A stretch of 49,488 bases of DNA from Alphaproteobacteria bacterium (GTDB lineage Bacteria; Pseudomonadota; Alphaproteobacteria; ATCC43930; CGMCC-115725), in contig JAFAOB010000218.1 in the NCBI GenBank assembly GCA_019238055.1, positions 1 through 49,488 of the forward strand, in the 5' to 3' direction. Below are positions 45,548 through 49,488 of this stretch, one piece after another; within the stretch, counting starts at the first letter, position 1, and each line of letters opens with the position of its first letter. The notes under the pieces are model-generated. The model did no database searches. It had not been told where the DNA came from and saw nothing but the letters and a program-made list of their open reading frames with translations. Made by a program: the position numbers and the translations under genes.

Positions 45548-46816
45548 ATGGGCTCGCGCGCTGACGTTATCGTCCTCGGAGCGGGAATGGTCGGCGTGAG
45601 TGTAGCGCTGCACCTGCAAAAGCGCGGGCGCGACGTGGTTCTGATCGACCGGAGGGCGGCAGGAGAAGAAACCAGCTACGGCAATGCCGGCTTGATCCAG
45701 CGCGAAGCCGTCATCCCCTACACCTTTCCCCGCGAACTCGGCGCGATCCTGGGTTACGCGATGAATAACCGGCGCGACGCGGTCTACCATTTGTCGGCCC
45801 TGCCGCGTATCGCTCCGTGGCTCTTCAAATATTGGCGGAACGCAGCCCCCGAACGTGTCGAGCGTTCAATGCGGGCGCTTGCGCCATTGATGGCAAGATG
45901 CGTTGATGAGCATGACGCGCTGATCACCGAGACTGGCGATGCGGCGCAAAGCCTTGTGCACCATAAAGGCTGGCTCAATTGTTTGCGCACAGAGGAGAGC
46001 CTGCAGGCAGCGATTGCGCATGCCCGTCGGCTCGACAAATACGGCGTCGACTATGCGGTGCTCACGGGCGCGCAATTGCGCGAGCTCGAACCGCATTTGT
46101 CGGACGCAATCGTCGGTGCGATCCACATCCGCGGCTCGCCGACTTCATCCGACCCCGGTCTGCTGACAAAGGCTTATGCCGACCTCTTTATCCGCAACGG
46201 CGGACGCTTTCGACAGGGCGATGCACGTCGGCTCGCGGCGAAGCCCTCAGGTTGGAGTATCGCTAGTGATACTGGCGTGATCGAGGCTCGTGACATGGTG
46301 GTAGCGCTCGGTCCCTGGTCCGACGAGATCTTCCGGCCGCTTGGGTATGACATCCCATTGGCGGTGAAGCGCGGCTACCACATGCATTACGGTGTGCGGG
46401 GCAATGCGATGCTGACGCATCCGGTGCGTGATGCCGATGGCGGCTTCTCGCTGGCACCGATGAGCAAAGGAATACGCCTGACAACCGGGGTCGAGTTTGC
46501 GGATCGTGACGCTCCACCGAGCCCAGTCCAGCTTGCGCGCGATGAGCCGCTGGCCCGCGAGTTGTTTCCACTCGCCGAACGCCTGGAGCCCGAACCTTGG
46601 ATGGGGCGGCGTCCGTGCCTTCCCGATATGGTTCCGGTGATCGGCAGAGGTGAGCGGCATCAAGGGTTGTGGTTCGCCTTTGGTCATGCCCATCACGGCT
46701 TCACACTCGGACCCGTTACCGGACGGCTGCTCGCCGAGATCATGACCGGCGAGGAGCCCTTCACCGAGCCGTCGCGCTACGCCGCCAGCCGGTTTCACAA
46801 CCCAGCCACAAGATAA
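45548..46816 (+). CDS. FAD-dependent oxidoreductase (DadA / D-amino-acid dehydrogenase-like)
   Basis: ADVIVLGAGMVGVSVALHLQKRGRDVVLIDR (GxGxxG, beta-alpha-beta) and the C-terminal GHAHHGFTLGPVTGRLLAE. Confidence 0.85.
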   Translation: MGSRADVIVLGAGMVGVSVALHLQKRGRDVVLIDRRAAGEETSYGNAGLIQREAVIPYTFPRELGAILGYAMNNRRDAVYHLSALPRIAPWLFKYWRNAAPERVERSMRALAPLMARCVDEHDALITETGDAAQSLVHHKGWLNCLRTEESLQAAIAHARRLDKYGVDYAVLTGAQLRELEPHLSDAIVGAIHIRGSPTSSDPGLLTKAYADLFIRNGGRFRQGDARRLAAKPSGWSIASDTGVIEARDMVVALGPWSDEIFRPLGYDIPLAVKRGYHMHYGVRGNAMLTHPVRDADGGFSLAPMSKGIRLTTGVEFADRDAPPSPVQLARDEPLARELFPLAERLEPEPWMGRRPCLPDMVPVIGRGERHQGLWFAFGHAHHGFTLGPVTGRLLAEIMTGEEPFTEPSRYAASRFHNPATR

Positions 46817-46980
46817 CCCAGCCGCTTACTGCTGCTTATCCTGACTTTGGCTTTTGCAGCCGGGCGCGGGGAAATCTCATAGTAGAGCGGCTCCAACCCG
46901 GCATCCTGGCGGGCGGCAAGAGAGCAGAGCACGGGAGGGTAAGTTTAGGTCGCGCACCTTATACAACCGAGTCGGGTTAC

Positions 46981-47538
46981 TCAGCGCGCCATCCCGGTTG
47001 CGCCCGCTGGCACGTCATAAAATGCGAGGGTCATCGAGACGCTGGTGTAGAAGCCCATCAAGCAGATGACGTCGGTGATGCCGATATCGCCGAGCGCTTC
47101 GACCGCGCGATCGTATAGCCCCTTCGCGACCCACCGCGAATTGGCGAGGCATGTCGCCATCTCGTAGACGACCTGCTCGCGCGTATCGGAGAACGAGGTC
47201 GGCAGACCGGACAACAGCGCCTCGACCTTATCGGCCGGCAACCCGGCAGCTTTGCCGGCGCGCTCATGCGCGTTGGTCGGAAAGGTCGAACGCCATTTGC
47301 TATTGATGATACATACGGCTATCTCACGCTCGCGCTCAGAGAGCGAATAACCGGTGCGGAAATAAGCGCCCAACGGCCCCATCACCTTCGCCAGCTTGGG
47401 GTTGTGCACCCAGATCTTGTTCGGCCCGCCGAGCGCGCCGCGGGTCTCGATCAACGAGCGATATCCCTCCTGTTGCTCTGGCGTCATCTGGTCATAGGGT
47501 ATTTCGGCATAGCGACCGAAGGTTGGTGTCTCAGGCAT
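46981..47538 (-). CDS. carboxymuconolactone decarboxylase (CMD/AhpD-like) family protein
   Basis: 185 aa from MPETPTFGRY with SD GGAAGGAAA. The assignment rests on an all-helical composition and the ..LSEREREIAVCIINSKWRSTFPTNAHERAG.. pattern. Confidence 0.6.
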   Translation of the reverse strand: MPETPTFGRYAEIPYDQMTPEQQEGYRSLIETRGALGGPNKIWVHNPKLAKVMGPLGAYFRTGYSLSEREREIAVCIINSKWRSTFPTNAHERAGKAAGLPADKVEALLSGLPTSFSDTREQVVYEMATCLANSRWVAKGLYDRAVEALGDIGITDVICLMGFYTSVSMTLAFYDVPAGATGMAR

Positions 47539-47733
47539 TTCGGGTTTCCTTCCCTGGATTGGACTGGCGGCGCATCCTGCAACGGGCCCCAAGTTCGCGA
47601 TATCTGCTTCAGCTTTTTGCCGTCACGCTGGAGGCGCAGGACCCGCGCCGGTGCCAGACCGCGATGGATGGAGGAGTATCGGGTACGACCGCTCGTGATG
47701 CGCAAATCAGGAATGTCGATGACATTTTCCGAC

Positions 47734-47750
47734 AATAGCGCTACGCTATT
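47734..47750. promoter_or_regulatory. 17-bp perfect palindrome in a divergent promoter region (LysR-type T-N11-A compatible)
   Basis: AATAGCG-CTA-CGCTATT lies between the CMD gene (-) and the deacylase gene (+), about 67 nt upstream of the ATG at 47817. Confidence 0.25.
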
Positions 47751-47816
47751 ATAAGTAAGCAAGCATTTCGTGCTGCGCATCGCCGACCCGTAACCGTCGA
47801 GTGAGGAGGACACAAG

Positions 47817-49488
47817 ATGGCCGAGTACGACTTGATCATTCGGAACGGCACGATTGTGGATGGAACGGGAGGGATACCGGCCTATCGGGGCGATGTGGCG
47901 GTCAAGGACGGAAAGATCGCCATGATTAGCGGACGCATCAAGGCGACCGCGACAAAGGAGGTGGACGCCACCGGATGTATCGTCGCTCCGGGGGCGATCG
48001 ACCTGCACAACCATTACGATTTGCAGTTGAACTGGGATCCGTATGCAACGATGTCGGGCTGGCACGGGGTGACCTCGGTCGCGATCGGCCAGTGCGGCTT
48101 TGGCTTTGCGCCGTGCAAGCCGAAGGATCGAGAGGCCGCGATGCGTCTTCTGACGCGCATCGAGGCTATTCCCCTAAGTACAATGGAAAAAGGTCTGCCC
48201 TGGGACTGGGAAAGCTTCCCTCAATGGATGGACAGCTTGGCCAAGCGCCCGTTGGGCGTCAATGTCGGTGCGCTGGTACCCTTCAACCCGCTGCGGCTCT
48301 ATGTGATGGGCATCGAAGAGTCGCGGGAGCGGGTCTATGCGACCGAGGCAGAAACCCGCCAGATGCAGGCGCTCGTCCATGAGGCGATGAAGGCCGGCGC
48401 CTTTGGCTGGTCGTCGATGAAGACGCTGATCAACCGCCCCGATGACGGTCGCTTCATTCCGAGCCAGGTGGCCTCCAACGAGGAATACCTCGCGCTGGCG
48501 CAGGTGCTGGCCGATTTCGGCGTCGGCAGCATCGGCTGGACACGCGGCGCGGCCGAGCGGCCTTTGCCGCCGGGCGAACCCGATCTGCTTGGCGGCGCAA
48601 CGCCGACCGGCTCGGGCATTCAGATGGATCCGGTCGAGGGCGATGCCCCGGGCAAAGGCCGCGAGGACTTCCTGATCGAGATGTGCCTGGCGAGCGGACG
48701 GCCGTTGCAATGGGGCGCGGTCAGCCAAAGCGAGGCGGCGCCGGGCCGCTACAAGGAGCAGCTCGCCTTTCTCGAGCGCGCCCACAGAGAAGGCGCTTGG
48801 ATGTACGCGCAAACCGCGTCGAACCCGCCCTCGCCGGTTTTCGAGCTCGCCGAGTATAACGGCTTCGATGCGATTCCAAACTGGATCGATCCGTTTGTCG
48901 GCACGCCCGAAGAACGCATCGCCAAACTGAAACAGCCCGGGGTGCGCGATCGCATGCGCCGGGACGTTGGCGCGTGGACCGGCACGGGCGGCCAAGCCGA
49001 TGTCGTGTCGAACTGGGCAAAGATGCGAGTCGTCGAAGTGCGGCACCCGCGGAATTACCAATATGAGGGGATGACCATCGCTGAATTGGCCGAGGCGACC
49101 GGCAAGCACCCGATGGACGCGATGCTCGATCTCGCGATCGACGAAGACCTGCGGACCGAATTCTCGACCGATCCGACCAACGGCACGGACCCGCAGGCGG
49201 TCGCGGAAATCCTCAATCACCCCTATATCCACCCTTGCGTCTCGGATGGCGGCGCGCATGTCCGCTACCTGACGCTGGGCACTTGGCCGGTTAATCTCCT
49301 CGCGACTTGGACACGGGATCGCCAGGTCATGAGCCTGGAGAAGGCCCACTATAAGATCAGTGGCCTGCCGGCGTGGATCGCCGGGTTCACCGATCGCGGC
49401 ATCCTGCGCGAGGGCTTCGCCGCCGACATCATCGTCTACGAACAGGAGAAGCTGGGGTTTCTCTATGACAGCCCAGTTTACGCCACAG
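47817..49488 (+). CDS. N-acyl-D-amino-acid deacylase (D-aminoacylase) family amidohydrolase, 3'-partial (runs off the window)
   Basis: My own translation: SD GAGGAGGA, then MAEYDLIIRNGTIVDGTGGIPAYRGDVAVKDGKIAMI..GCIVAPGAIDLHNHYD...VSDGGAHV.... The frame stays open for 557 codons to the window end. It is absent from the ORF track, presumably because it has no stop. Confidence 0.8.
   Translation, partial: MAEYDLIIRNGTIVDGTGGIPAYRGDVAVKDGKIAMISGRIKATATKEVDATGCIVAPGAIDLHNHYDLQLNWDPYATMSGWHGVTSVAIGQCGFGFAPCKPKDREAAMRLLTRIEAIPLSTMEKGLPWDWESFPQWMDSLAKRPLGVNVGALVPFNPLRLYVMGIEESRERVYATEAETRQMQALVHEAMKAGAFGWSSMKTLINRPDDGRFIPSQVASNEEYLALAQVLADFGVGSIGWTRGAAERPLPPGEPDLLGGATPTGSGIQMDPVEGDAPGKGREDFLIEMCLASGRPLQWGAVSQSEAAPGRYKEQLAFLERAHREGAWMYAQTASNPPSPVFELAEYNGFDAIPNWIDPFVGTPEERIAKLKQPGVRDRMRRDVGAWTGTGGQADVVSNWAKMRVVEVRHPRNYQYEGMTIAELAEATGKHPMDAMLDLAIDEDLRTEFSTDPTNGTDPQAVAEILNHPYIHPCVSDGGAHVRYLTLGTWPVNLLATWTRDRQVMSLEKAHYKISGLPAWIAGFTDRGILREGFAADIIVYEQEKLGFLYDSPVYAT

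Noticed and set aside
48174-49349. 391-aa minus-strand ORF
   Set aside because: It is antisense shadow of the D-aminoacylase-like gene that I translated by hand on the + strand. Its composition is Arg/Ala/Gly-rich and it has no motifs.
1-49488. Scan for rRNA, tRNA, CRISPR arrays, IS elements, integrases and transposases
   Set aside because: I saw no T-loop-like GGTTCGAATCC-type sequences outside coding regions, no regularly spaced repeats, and no ORF with transposase or integrase motifs. This was an inspection by eye only, and tRNAscan/Infernal/ISfinder-type searches could still find small elements.

Overview
All calls come from reading the sequence and ORF track and recalling family motifs. 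No database search was run. The window is high-GC chromosomal DNA: a 60-nt sample at 38641-38700 has 40 G+C. Gene content looks alphaproteobacterial, probably Hyphomicrobiales/Rhizobiales-like (GapR/DUF2312, DUF1244, serC-serA-hisZ-purA). Positions 167-11961 (-) form one long, mostly translationally coupled respiratory supercluster. It holds alternative complex III (actABCDEF), an unassigned single-TM protein, an SCO copper chaperone and a caa3-type cytochrome c oxidase (subunit II-cyt c, I, III, IV). The remainder is mostly housekeeping or accessory metabolism: GH15 glucoamylase-like, three SDRs, two AI-2E transporters around a GT2 glycosyltransferase pair, an orphan CoA-transferase B subunit, an LLM oxidoreductase, threonine aldolase, cbiG-cobJ/cobM, heme A synthase, methylmalonyl-CoA mutase, a DadA-like FAD oxidoreductase and a CMD-family protein. 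A D-aminoacylase-like gene runs off the 3' end and is absent from the ORF track. Three visibly AT-richer insertions interrupt this backbone. (1) At about 41.7-44.7 kb sits a three-gene peptide-modification islet beside a broken xanthine-dehydrogenase-family gene. It encodes an NTP_transf_5-type nucleotidyltransferase, an HprK-like P-loop kinase, and a PqqD/RRE protein fused in frame to a Tat-signal-like segment and a His/Asp/Arg repeat tail. This is the best candidate for an undescribed system. (2) At about 33.4-34.2 kb a toxin-antitoxin-like cassette is bracketed by a duplicated 3' end of the mutase gene. (3) At about 21.8-22.7 kb lies an orphan membrane/coiled-coil gene. Other oddities are an in-frame G/C-rich hairpin insertion in ctaA and a perfect-register tandem 16-bp repeat upstream of an SDR gene. 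I recognised no rRNA, tRNA, CRISPR array, transposase or integrase.
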